Below are positions 36,278 to 45,143 of a DNA stretch of 64,000 nucleotides, piece after piece. Positions within the stretch are counted from its first letter, which is position 1. Every line of letters begins with the position of its first letter. The position numbers and the translations under genes are program-made. The stretch is from positions 235,859-299,858 of the forward strand of contig JAYRLR010000002.1 of NCBI GenBank assembly GCA_041905165.1, read 5' to 3'. This DNA comes from Mucilaginibacter sp. (GTDB lineage Bacteria; Bacteroidota; Bacteroidia; Sphingobacteriales; Sphingobacteriaceae). The notes below the pieces were generated by a model. The model was not told the DNA's origin, did not search any database, and saw nothing but the letters and a program-made list of their open reading frames with translations.

Positions 36278-36307
36278 AAATAAAATTAGGTTTGTCTAAT
36301 TTTATTT
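36278..36307. promoter_or_regulatory. Perfect 12-bp inverted repeat, a candidate DtxR/MntR-type operator in the divergent promoter region
   Basis: AAATAAAATTAG-GTTTGT-CTAATTTTATTT. The core TTAGGTTTGTCTAA resembles DtxR/IdeR-type boxes (recalled consensus TTAGGTTAGCCTAACCTAA). It lies between the receptor start (36231) and the repressor start (36347). Confidence 0.55.
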
Positions 36308-36346
36308 ATTCTAACTTATAAGTATGTTTGTTCACTCGTTTTAGCA

Positions 36347-37000
36347 ATGCATACATTATCAGAAGAGAATTATCTGAAAGCCATTTACAGGCTCTCGCAG
36401 GAGGAAGGGGTGAAGATTTCGCCTACAGCTATTTCCGAGCTGCTTGGCAATAACCCTGCTTCCGTGGTGGACATGATACGCAAGCTTACCGAGAAGCAGC
36501 TGATAGAGTATGAAAAGAAAACAGGCGTAAAGCTTACCGCTCAGGGGCAAAAAGATGCAGTGCTTATTGTGCGCCGCCATCGTTTATGGGAGGTTTTCCT
36601 GCTGGAAAAACTGGGCTATGAGTGGGACGAAATTCATGATATTGCCGAAGAGCTGGAACATATAAGCAACACCACGCTGGCCGACAGGCTGGACAAGTTT
36701 TTAGGTTTCCCTGAATATGACCCACACGGCGATCCTATACCAAAAGCTAACGGTAAAATGGCAAAACCTTATTCGGTCACATTGGCGGATATGAGTATTG
36801 GCGCTACCTGCCGTGTGGCTGCCGTTCGCGATACAAGCAGCGCTTTTCTGCAATACCTGCTTAAGCTCAATATTGGCATAGGTACACGCATTGCTTTATT
36901 GGAAAAGATCAGCTATGACAATTCTTTAGTAATCAGTATTGATGGAAAGGAAAGTACCACTGTTTCGCAAAAATTTGGAGAAAACATTTTGGTGGAGTAG
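36347..37000 (+). CDS. DtxR/MntR family metal-dependent transcriptional repressor with FeoA-like C-terminal domain
   Basis: 217 aa with an N-terminal winged HTH (SEENYLKAIYRL...PTAISELLGNNPASVVDMIRKL), a dimerisation/metal region (RRHRLWEVFL...HDIAEELEH) and a C-terminal SH3-like FeoA domain. Confidence 0.9.
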   Translation: MHTLSEENYLKAIYRLSQEEGVKISPTAISELLGNNPASVVDMIRKLTEKQLIEYEKKTGVKLTAQGQKDAVLIVRRHRLWEVFLLEKLGYEWDEIHDIAEELEHISNTTLADRLDKFLGFPEYDPHGDPIPKANGKMAKPYSVTLADMSIGATCRVAAVRDTSSAFLQYLLKLNIGIGTRIALLEKISYDNSLVISIDGKESTTVSQKFGENILVE

Positions 37001-37078
37001 CTTATAAATCAATATCTTAAAACTAATAGCTCTTAATAAGATACTGCAAGCTATTAGTATGAGTATTTTATTATTTTT

Positions 37079-38047
37079 ATGCTGATTATGCCAGCAGCAA
37101 TCACCAACAAATTATTTAGTCTTTACGTAAGGCTCAAATACCCTAAAGTCCCCCCAGCACTCAGATATTTTTATCGCGACACATATAATTGCGAAATGGT
37201 GCAGTTAAAATATATCTGGCCGGATTATGTTACCAAAAAGCCTTATAAGGATATCTACTTTGATGGTGAGTTTGCACCCGAGCTGGAATTTGTGCTTCCT
37301 TTTGCTTACTGGCATTATAAAAATGGCACTTTGCGCAGCACGCATTCGTCTAAATTTACCCGCGAGCTTTATTTTTTCTCTCCCGAACACCACGAGGATT
37401 TTGAAGTGCGTACTAACGAGGGTAACTATAATTATGAAACGCCCCGCATTTTATACAGCCATGATTACGATATGAAAAAGTGGCTGGCTGTGCCGCTTAA
37501 GCAACACTATAGTAACGATGTATATGTGTATGATAAGCCTATACTGATTATAGCCAACCGTTACAACATGGAATGGGACGGCCCGCCTATCAGTTTTTAT
37601 GATATACCTACGCTTGATTTCATCATATCTAACCTCAAAAACGATTTCACGATCATTTATAACCGTCCGCGCCCGGAGCATATCACCGGTGATAATAGTG
37701 CTATTTATGATCTGGGAGAATTTGAGTGGCTGGAGCAACATCACCCGGAGGTGCTGCTGATGCAGGACTTATGGAAAGAGAACAAAGGCAAGGCAAATAA
37801 CTTTAACCATCTGCAGTTGATGGTATATGCCAATGCCAGTCATTTTATATCGGTACACGGCGGTACTGCAGCATTGGCCAGTTATTTCGGCGGTGTAAAT
37901 CTTATCATCTCTAAGCAGGGGCCCGAGCACCATTTCGGCTGTTTCCATACCTTATTCCCTAAACTTTCGGGTGCCAGGATATTGCTGGCAAAATCTAACG
38001 ATGATGTAAGGCAGCATATTACAGAACACTACATTCGCCGCTCCTAA
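37079..38047 (+). CDS. Hypothetical protein, possibly an uncharacterised glycosyltransferase
   Basis: 322 aa with no signal peptide. The only hint is the C-terminal FISVHGGTAALASYFGG, reminiscent of GT61/DUF563-type motifs. It lies immediately upstream of a Wzx flippase. Confidence 0.6.
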   Translation: MLIMPAAITNKLFSLYVRLKYPKVPPALRYFYRDTYNCEMVQLKYIWPDYVTKKPYKDIYFDGEFAPELEFVLPFAYWHYKNGTLRSTHSSKFTRELYFFSPEHHEDFEVRTNEGNYNYETPRILYSHDYDMKKWLAVPLKQHYSNDVYVYDKPILIIANRYNMEWDGPPISFYDIPTLDFIISNLKNDFTIIYNRPRPEHITGDNSAIYDLGEFEWLEQHHPEVLLMQDLWKENKGKANNFNHLQLMVYANASHFISVHGGTAALASYFGGVNLIISKQGPEHHFGCFHTLFPKLSGARILLAKSNDDVRQHITEHYIRRS

Positions 38048-38052
38048 CACAC

Positions 38053-39399
38053 ATGGCGCAAAAAAAGGATATTTACTGGCTTAAATCGGCCATACTTACC
38101 ACGTTGCAAAGCTTGTCGGGCGTACTGTTCGGCTTTGGTAGTTTTTATTTTCTGGTTAGGCTGCTCTCTAAATCCGACTTTGGCGTATGGACGCTCTTCA
38201 CAGCTACCACCACTATACTGGAGTTCATCCGCAATGGTATGATACAAAGTGCGCTGATACGCTTTTTGGCTGGTGCCGATGAAAGCGAGAAGCCACATAT
38301 TATTTCGGCATCTTTCTCCCTGAGCGGTATCATCACTGCGGCTATTATAGTAGTAAACTTTTGCTTTGCAGGCTTGCTGTCTCACTTATGGAAAACGCCT
38401 GTATTGGTGCCCATGCTGTTTTGGTTTAATGCCCTATTCCTGTTCTCGGGCTTGCTTACGCAGTTTCAGTCAATTGAGCAGGCCGGACTAAAATTTAACG
38501 GTATTTTTTTAAGTACCATGGTAAGGCAGGGCGGTTTGTTTGTTTATGTTTTAGCAGCACATCTGTTAGGTTTTAACTTGGAGCTGATTAACCTGGTTTA
38601 TGTGCAGTTAATCTGCACAGCGCTTAGCGTACTGGTATCTTATGCCTTTGTGCATAATGCCTTTAAAGTGGCAAGAGGCTGGCATCGTAACTGGATAAGT
38701 AAACTGTTTCATTACGGTAAATATGCTTTTGGTACCACCCTTAGCGCTATGCTATCAAACAGCATCGACCAAATGATGCTAGGCGGAATGCTCTCTGCAG
38801 CATCAGCCGGGGCATATAATGTCGCTGTACGAACTATCTCAATGGTCGAGATTCCTACTAGTTCTATTGCAACGATCGTATTCCCGCAGAGCGCCAAAAA
38901 GATGGAAACCGAAGGTATTGCTGGCGTGAAGTATTTGTATGAAAAGTCCGTAGGCGCTGCGCTGGCAGTACTGCTGCCCGGATTAATCCTCTTGTTTGCC
39001 TTTGCCAACCTGGTGGTCGATTTTGTCGCCGGGCAAAGCTACGCCGAAAGTATACCGGTGTTGCGTGTTACTGTAGTTTATTGTTTATTGATGCCTTTCG
39101 GGCGGCAGTTTGGTACTATACTTAATGCCATAGGCAGACCTAAGATAACCTTTTATGTAGTATTAATATCCGGAGCTATAAACGCCTTGTTCAATTATTT
39201 TTTCATCATACAGATGGGCGTAATGGGTGCGGCATGGGCAACGCTTTGTGCTGCGTTTATAGGCTTTGTGATAGGGCAGGTTATCCTTAAGCGTGAGCTT
39301 GGCATTAGCACCTGGGCGCCGTTCCGGTATGCCTTACTTTTTTATCCTGAATTTTATACTAAGTACTTTAAACGGTCTGCTCCTCCGCAGGAGGCATAG
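38053..39399 (+). CDS. Oligosaccharide/polysaccharide flippase (Wzx, MOP superfamily)
   Basis: 448 aa with about 12 TM helices. The N-terminus has a pattern typical of polysaccharide biosynthesis proteins. Confidence 0.8.
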   Translation: MAQKKDIYWLKSAILTTLQSLSGVLFGFGSFYFLVRLLSKSDFGVWTLFTATTTILEFIRNGMIQSALIRFLAGADESEKPHIISASFSLSGIITAAIIVVNFCFAGLLSHLWKTPVLVPMLFWFNALFLFSGLLTQFQSIEQAGLKFNGIFLSTMVRQGGLFVYVLAAHLLGFNLELINLVYVQLICTALSVLVSYAFVHNAFKVARGWHRNWISKLFHYGKYAFGTTLSAMLSNSIDQMMLGGMLSAASAGAYNVAVRTISMVEIPTSSIATIVFPQSAKKMETEGIAGVKYLYEKSVGAALAVLLPGLILLFAFANLVVDFVAGQSYAESIPVLRVTVVYCLLMPFGRQFGTILNAIGRPKITFYVVLISGAINALFNYFFIIQMGVMGAAWATLCAAFIGFVIGQVILKRELGISTWAPFRYALLFYPEFYTKYFKRSAPPQEA

Positions 39400-40636
39400 C
39401 TAAATCAATCTTTACAGCTGACGGCCGTACTGAGGGTGGTACAGGTGTAAGTTTTGCTGCCAGTATACTGGCAAAACGCTCTGCACGGTTAGCCCACGAA
39501 TTTTTGCCTGCAAGTTCAAGCCGCTCACCAACCTTGTCGGGCGTATTCTCTGCCAGTGCGAGTTCAATACCTTGACTAAACGATGCCGCATCGCCACAAT
39601 AGGTTACTGCATCTTCGGTAAAATCTTTCAGGTCCTGGTTAAATTCGGTTATTACAACCGGTTTACCTGCGCTTAAGTATTCAAATAATTTAAGCGGGAA
39701 TATGGTGTTGCTTACCTCGTCGGTTTTAAAGGGAATAATGGCCACATCAAAACCTTTAACCATCATTGGCGCTTCGCTGTAAGGGATATGCCCCAGCATA
39801 TGCACGTTAGTATATTCGCGTAAAGGGTCAGAAAGGTAGGCGTCCCAAACGGGGCCGGCAAAAACAAATGACTTATCCGGATTTTGCTTTACTACCTCTT
39901 CCATCAACTCATAATCTATACGCCGCTCTATAGTTCCCAGGTAGCCAACTACCGGTTTGGGCAGGTCTTTTATTTTTTCGTGAACGGGCAAACGCTCGTC
40001 TAACGCAGTGCTGAAGTGTCGTATCTCACCGGCATTCGGCACAAAATATGTTTCGGGGTTAATCTGTTTCTTTTCCTGATAGAGAGCTTTGCTGGTGCAT
40101 ATTACCAAATCGCTTTCTTTTACGAGTTTATACTCCGACGGCACACCGTGCTTAATGTCATAACCCACAATAATAGGGTCCACACAATGATAAACATTCA
40201 GCCTCGGCTTTAATGCTTTGGCCAGGTTAGGGTAATGAAACTCAAAGGAATTGATGTAAATAAAGTCCTTTATTTTATCTTTTTTAATGAAGCGCTTTAT
40301 GCGCCACAGCAATATGCGCTCGTTAAGCTTAAGCAGCGTACGGAAGAAGTCGCCCTCTGGCAAAAAGTTGATAGGGAATACAGGCGGCATTATTACCACC
40401 TTTAAATTAGCAATATCGGTATTGATGATACCATCCGACAATGGTCTTAATTTGCCCCGTCGCGAACGGTCTATTTTGCGCTGATGGAGGTAATCTTTTA
40501 TGGTAAAAGGATGGTCAATAAAATACACCTTGTTGTGCCTGGCCAGCTGCCGCGCCAGGAAAAGCGAGGTTGCCATAATCTCGCTGTCAAAACGGGCGTT
40601 GGCAAGAATAACAATGGTTTGGTTCTTTAAGTCCAT
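39368..40636 (-). CDS. Glycosyltransferase (GT-B, family 1/4-like)
   Basis: 422 aa with the C-terminal GT-B motif IIPFKTDEVSNTIFPLKLFEYLSAGKPVVITEF. The tail overlaps the convergent flippase gene by 32 nt. Confidence 0.8.
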   Translation of the reverse strand: MDLKNQTIVILANARFDSEIMATSLFLARQLARHNKVYFIDHPFTIKDYLHQRKIDRSRRGKLRPLSDGIINTDIANLKVVIMPPVFPINFLPEGDFFRTLLKLNERILLWRIKRFIKKDKIKDFIYINSFEFHYPNLAKALKPRLNVYHCVDPIIVGYDIKHGVPSEYKLVKESDLVICTSKALYQEKKQINPETYFVPNAGEIRHFSTALDERLPVHEKIKDLPKPVVGYLGTIERRIDYELMEEVVKQNPDKSFVFAGPVWDAYLSDPLREYTNVHMLGHIPYSEAPMMVKGFDVAIIPFKTDEVSNTIFPLKLFEYLSAGKPVVITEFNQDLKDFTEDAVTYCGDAASFSQGIELALAENTPDKVGERLELAGKNSWANRAERFASILAAKLTPVPPSVRPSAVKIDLAMPPAEEQTV

Positions 40637-40799
40637 AAAGTGCCCTGAAATTAAGAGTTTTATGGTTATTTATCTAAAAATCAGCTTAGTATATTAAACA
40701 AATTAGGAATGCTTTAATTAATGATTACACTATTTAATTAAAGCTACTTAATTTAAAGTATGCGAAAATAATGCTGGAAGGTATAGCACTAAACAGACG

Positions 40800-41816
40800 T
40801 TAATTTTTAGTAATAAAGAGGTCTGCCAGTAGTTTGTAAGAATTTAATCTGTCCTCAAAATCTTCAGTAATTGTTACTGCTACTATTTCTTCCACATCAT
40901 ATTCTTCAGCAAGGGCTGTAAGCCTTGTTTTTACGTGATCCGGAGTGCCTGCAATAATCCGTTTGGAATGATATGCCAGTCGCTCAGTTTCTGCTGGTGA
41001 ATAATATATATCCTTTACGTCGTCATAGGAGAGCGGCACAATAGGTCCTCCTTTATCGAACTGTAAAAAGCGGTGTTGCATAATAGCGCGGTGCTGTTTT
41101 ATCTTCTCTTCATCTTCGGAGCAAAAAACAAATATGGCTACGTTGGCCTCTGCAACAGGCATATCTTCTGATGGCTGATAGCGCTCGCGATAAAGTTTTA
41201 CTGCGGCTGGGCCACCGTTGGGGTTGATGAAGTGTGCGTATGATAAGCCCATACCAAAATGTGCTGCAAACAAACCGCTTTGTCCGCTGGAACTGAGCAG
41301 CCACATAGCAGGTACGGTTTGCACCTGTGGTATAGCACGTATTTTTGATTGAATGGTACCGGGCTCGCCGCGGTCATGAAAATAGTTGACCAGATCAGAT
41401 AATTGCTCTATAAAATCCTGCTCGTGGAATTGGTTGCTCGGATTGAGTATGCTCGCGGTAATGCGGTCGGTGCCCGGCGCGCGGCCCATACCCAGATCTA
41501 TGCGGCCCGGGAAAAGCGCCTCAAGCATGCGAAAGTTTTCAGCCACTTTTAAAGTACTATGATTAGGCATCATAATACCGCCCGAACCTATGCGCAGGTT
41601 TTTGGTGACACCTGCAAGGTGCGCCATCAACACCTCGGGCGTTGAGCCTGCAAGAATGCCAGTGTTGTGGTGTTCTGATACCCAATAACGGTAATAGCCC
41701 AGTTCGTCAGTAAATTTGGCAAGGGTAATGGTTTCTTGTACAGCTTGCTCGGCTGTAGCGCCTTTACGAACGGGTGACTGGTCTAAAACACTTAAACGGA
41801 TATTTCTTGCGCTCAT
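40800..41816 (-). CDS. LLM-class (luciferase-like) flavin-dependent oxidoreductase
   Basis: I chose the start at MSARNIRLSVLDQSP (ATG 41816). The pattern matches luciferase-family group 1 (YWVSEHHN...GSGGIMMPNHS...GRAPG). Confidence 0.85.
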   Translation of the reverse strand: MSARNIRLSVLDQSPVRKGATAEQAVQETITLAKFTDELGYYRYWVSEHHNTGILAGSTPEVLMAHLAGVTKNLRIGSGGIMMPNHSTLKVAENFRMLEALFPGRIDLGMGRAPGTDRITASILNPSNQFHEQDFIEQLSDLVNYFHDRGEPGTIQSKIRAIPQVQTVPAMWLLSSSGQSGLFAAHFGMGLSYAHFINPNGGPAAVKLYRERYQPSEDMPVAEANVAIFVFCSEDEEKIKQHRAIMQHRFLQFDKGGPIVPLSYDDVKDIYYSPAETERLAYHSKRIIAGTPDHVKTRLTALAEEYDVEEIVAVTITEDFEDRLNSYKLLADLFITKN

Positions 41817-41982
41817 AACTATGTTTTCTGTGGTGCAAAAGTAAAGCCGCAAGGCCGTTGTGGAGCGATGCCACGTGGTTTATGGCATTAAGATTATGAT
41901 TCCCCAATATGAAGCCGCAGACTTCGTGCAGCTATTGTTGGTTTTTGTAGGATTTATACATTCCAAATCGAACGTTATACCC

Positions 41983-42019
41983 ACAACAAAAACGCCCCCG
42001 GTTTTTTACCGGAGGCGTT
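41983..42019 (-). terminator. Rho-independent terminator of pdhB
   Basis: AACGCCCCCGG / CCGGAGGCGTT forms a stem with one mismatch. On the minus strand it is followed by TTTTTGTTGT. Confidence 0.75.
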
Positions 42020-42042
42020 GATATCTTAATTAAAAGCCTTAA

Positions 42043-43026
42043 TTATTTCGTAACGTACATTACCTGTTTTACAGCTTTTACTACTCTGTCTGCATTTGGC
42101 AAATATTCTTGTATCAAAGTAGGAGCATAAGGCAATGGCACGTCGCCGCCCATAATACGTTGTATAGGAGCATCCAAATAATCAAATGCATCTTTTTGTA
42201 CCTTAAAGGCAACCTCAGTAGCAATTGAACCCAAAGGCCAGCTTTCTTCAACTATTACCAGGCGGTTGGTTTTCTTTACTGAATTGATAACGGTAGCGTA
42301 GTCAATCGGGCGAACGGTGCGCAGGTCAATTACCTCAGCGTTGATGCCTTCTTTTGCCAGTTCTTCGGCAGCGGCATTAACCACTTTCATTATCTTACCA
42401 AAGCCTACCAGTGTAACATCAGTACCTTCTTTGGTTACTTTTGCCTTACCTATTTCTATATAGTAGGTTTCTTCAGGCACTTCGCCTTTGTCACCATACA
42501 TCAACTCCGATTCCATAAAGATAACCGGATCCGGATCGAGGATAGCTGATTTTAATAAGCCTTTAGCATCATACGGGTTTGATGGAACAACCACTTTTAA
42601 ACCAGGGCAGTTAGCATACCAGTTCTCAAAGCACTGGCTGTGCTGAGAGCTTAGCATACCTGCGTTACCAGTAGGGCCACGGAAAACGATAGGTACAGAA
42701 AACTGACCACCGCTCATGCTCATCATTTTTGCTGCAGCGTTGATCACCTGGTCAATAGCAACTAATGAGAAGTTGAAGGTCATGAACTCGATGATTGGTT
42801 TTAAACCGTTCATTGCCGAGCCAATACCAATACCTGCAAAACCCAATTCAGAGATAGGCGTGTCAATAACGCGTTTAGCGCCAAATTCATCAAGCATACC
42901 CTGGCTTACTTTGTAGGCGCCGTTATATTCAGCAACCTCTTCGCCCATAAGGTATATTTTATCATCATTGCGCATTTCTTCCGACATGGCCTCGCGAAGC
43001 GCTTCTCTGAATTGTATTTCTCTCAT
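42043..43026 (-). CDS. pdhB: Pyruvate/2-oxoacid dehydrogenase E1 component, beta subunit
   Basis: 327 aa with a transketolase-like pyrimidine-binding domain (RVIDTPISELGFAGIGIGSAMNGLKPI) and a C-terminal domain. Confidence 0.9.
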   Translation of the reverse strand: MREIQFREALREAMSEEMRNDDKIYLMGEEVAEYNGAYKVSQGMLDEFGAKRVIDTPISELGFAGIGIGSAMNGLKPIIEFMTFNFSLVAIDQVINAAAKMMSMSGGQFSVPIVFRGPTGNAGMLSSQHSQCFENWYANCPGLKVVVPSNPYDAKGLLKSAILDPDPVIFMESELMYGDKGEVPEETYYIEIGKAKVTKEGTDVTLVGFGKIMKVVNAAAEELAKEGINAEVIDLRTVRPIDYATVINSVKKTNRLVIVEESWPLGSIATEVAFKVQKDAFDYLDAPIQRIMGGDVPLPYAPTLIQEYLPNADRVVKAVKQVMYVTK

Positions 43027-43232
43027 TGTTCTTTTAAAAATGATTTTTTACGGGGCAAATATAACGCATAATGTTTGAAATACAACGCCTCGCACACATG
43101 CATATTTATTTTACAGCTTTGTTACAAATGTGGGTTTTAAGTAATAATCCAATGTAGATACGAAACCTGTCAGGCCGCGCTTAAACCCAATAACTTTATT
43201 ACTTTAGTGCCACAAACTTTATCGCGCTCAAC

Positions 43233-45116
43233 ATGAAATTTCCTTCTATAAAAAATCTCGCCTCTGATGCACTGTCTACTATAAAACGTTTCCCTTTAGA
43301 GCTGTTTTTTGCTTTAACGGGCACTGTAGCTGTAATAGTGAACATTGAGCTTGACGACATTAACCGCCTGGCAGAAACATGGTGTATACGTATTGTCGCC
43401 GTTGCTAATCTGGGTTTGCTGCTTAGCTTAGCTGCCACGCTGTTTGCAGAAAGTAAGCAATGGACAGGCTTAAAGAAAATGCAGATCAGGGCGGTGGCGG
43501 GCATGCTTGCCGTTTTGCTCCTTTTTGTTCTTAACCCCGTTGCGCGGCAGGCAGATTCTTTTCGGTTCTTTTTGCTGAGCATTGCTTTCCATATGTTGGT
43601 TGCTTATGCCGCTTTTTTAGGTAAGGACAGTATACAAGGCTTTTGGCAATTTAACAAAACGCTTTTTCTGCGCTTTTTAGCGGGTGCTTTATATAGCCTT
43701 GTATTGGGTGCAGGTATATCTGCAGCTATCGGGGCAGTGAACTATCTTTTTGGTGTTGATTTTGAGTTTGATACATACAAGATATTATGGACATGCATCG
43801 CCGGTATTTTTAGCGTAATGTTCTTTTTAACGGGTGTGCCGGCAGACACGGCATCGCTTAATAACGATTATGCTTACCCCAAGGGGCTTAAGGTATTTAC
43901 CCAATACGTGCTTATACCTTTGGCTACTATATACCTGCTCATTCTGCTGATGTATGACGGTAAGATATTGGTGGAATGGAACTTACCTAAAGGCAACGTG
44001 GCCTACCTTGTATTGGGTTACAGTATTTTTGGTATACTATCGTTACTCTTGGTTTACCCGGTGCGTGAGCAAGCAGAAAATAAATGGCTTAAAACCTATA
44101 CCCGCAGCTTTTATTTTTTACTGATGCCCCTGCTTGTATTGCTATGGGTAGCTGTCGGCGCGCGCGTTATTAAATACGGTGTTACTGAATTTCGCTATAT
44201 CCTGATTTTGCTGGCAGTATGGTTGCTTTTTATCAGTGTGTATTTCTTGTTCTTCAAGAAGCAAAACATCAAGCTTATTCCTGTATCATTAAGCATATTG
44301 GCATTGCTGGCGTCATATGGTCCGCAGAGTGCATTTTCTATATCTGAGTCGTCTCAACGTCGCGAATTAGTAAATATCTTCAAGCGTAATAACGCTTTCA
44401 AGGACGGGCATTTTGAAGTCATCAAAAAGATAAGTAAAAAAGATGGTTCACGCGCGGTGGCCGTAATGCAGTATCTGGTTGATAAGCATGATATGAGCTC
44501 CCTGCAGCCTTATTTTAAAACAGACCTTAATGCCATAAGTGATTCATTGAGCAAACAAAAAAGCGAATACGGGCCTGGATATGTGATAGAACGGCATGAG
44601 TTGCGCAGAAATAAATTGGAATGGTTGCAAAAGCAAACGGGTTTAATTAATTACTCACCATATGGCGAAGCATATGAGGTAAAAGTGTCAGAGCAATATT
44701 GGTTTGGCGCCAGAGAAAATGTTGTAAATGTACAAAATTATGATTTTATCGTTTTCGCCATTCCGACTGACACTACCTATAAAGTTTACAAAGGTGTTTC
44801 ATTTAAAAACGAGGCGCCCGAAACCTATATGGATATGCAGCAATTTAAGCTGACGGTAAACGGGCAGCAAGCTGTATTTAATATGGATATAATAGCTGCA
44901 AAGGTGCTAAAAAGCTTAAAAAAAGAGCAGTATAAAATTGCAAAGGGTAGTGCATATAATTACGAGGTGCCTGCCGATTCGTTGGTGTTTCATAAGCAAT
45001 TAAATGGCTTTTTGGTATCTTTTGCTGTGAGCAGTATTAGTTTTGAATATACTGATCATAAAGCAAGCAGCGTAAATGTATCGCAAGGCGTTTACCTGGT
45101 AAAAAAGTTAAAATAG
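43233..45116 (+). CDS. Large polytopic membrane protein (DUF4153-like) with a C-terminal soluble domain
   Basis: 627 aa with about 10-11 TM helices in the first ~370 aa followed by a hydrophilic domain. The family assignment is from memory of similar Bacteroidota proteins. Confidence 0.7.
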   Translation: MKFPSIKNLASDALSTIKRFPLELFFALTGTVAVIVNIELDDINRLAETWCIRIVAVANLGLLLSLAATLFAESKQWTGLKKMQIRAVAGMLAVLLLFVLNPVARQADSFRFFLLSIAFHMLVAYAAFLGKDSIQGFWQFNKTLFLRFLAGALYSLVLGAGISAAIGAVNYLFGVDFEFDTYKILWTCIAGIFSVMFFLTGVPADTASLNNDYAYPKGLKVFTQYVLIPLATIYLLILLMYDGKILVEWNLPKGNVAYLVLGYSIFGILSLLLVYPVREQAENKWLKTYTRSFYFLLMPLLVLLWVAVGARVIKYGVTEFRYILILLAVWLLFISVYFLFFKKQNIKLIPVSLSILALLASYGPQSAFSISESSQRRELVNIFKRNNAFKDGHFEVIKKISKKDGSRAVAVMQYLVDKHDMSSLQPYFKTDLNAISDSLSKQKSEYGPGYVIERHELRRNKLEWLQKQTGLINYSPYGEAYEVKVSEQYWFGARENVVNVQNYDFIVFAIPTDTTYKVYKGVSFKNEAPETYMDMQQFKLTVNGQQAVFNMDIIAAKVLKSLKKEQYKIAKGSAYNYEVPADSLVFHKQLNGFLVSFAVSSISFEYTDHKASSVNVSQGVYLVKKLK

Positions 45117-45143
45117 CGCGAGCTTGTTATGCTTATTCCGGGC

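Noticed and set aside
42043-43026. An orphan pdhB (E1 beta) without adjacent E1 alpha or E2 genes as an anomaly.
   Set aside because: As far as I recall, dispersed 2-oxoacid dehydrogenase subunit genes are common in Bacteroidota. The gene itself looks intact with its own terminator, so this is not evidence of anything unusual.
43199-43582. A 127-aa minus-strand ORF overlapping the DUF4153-like gene start.
   Set aside because: It is antisense to a long membrane-protein gene and has a low-complexity Ser/Ala/Lys composition.
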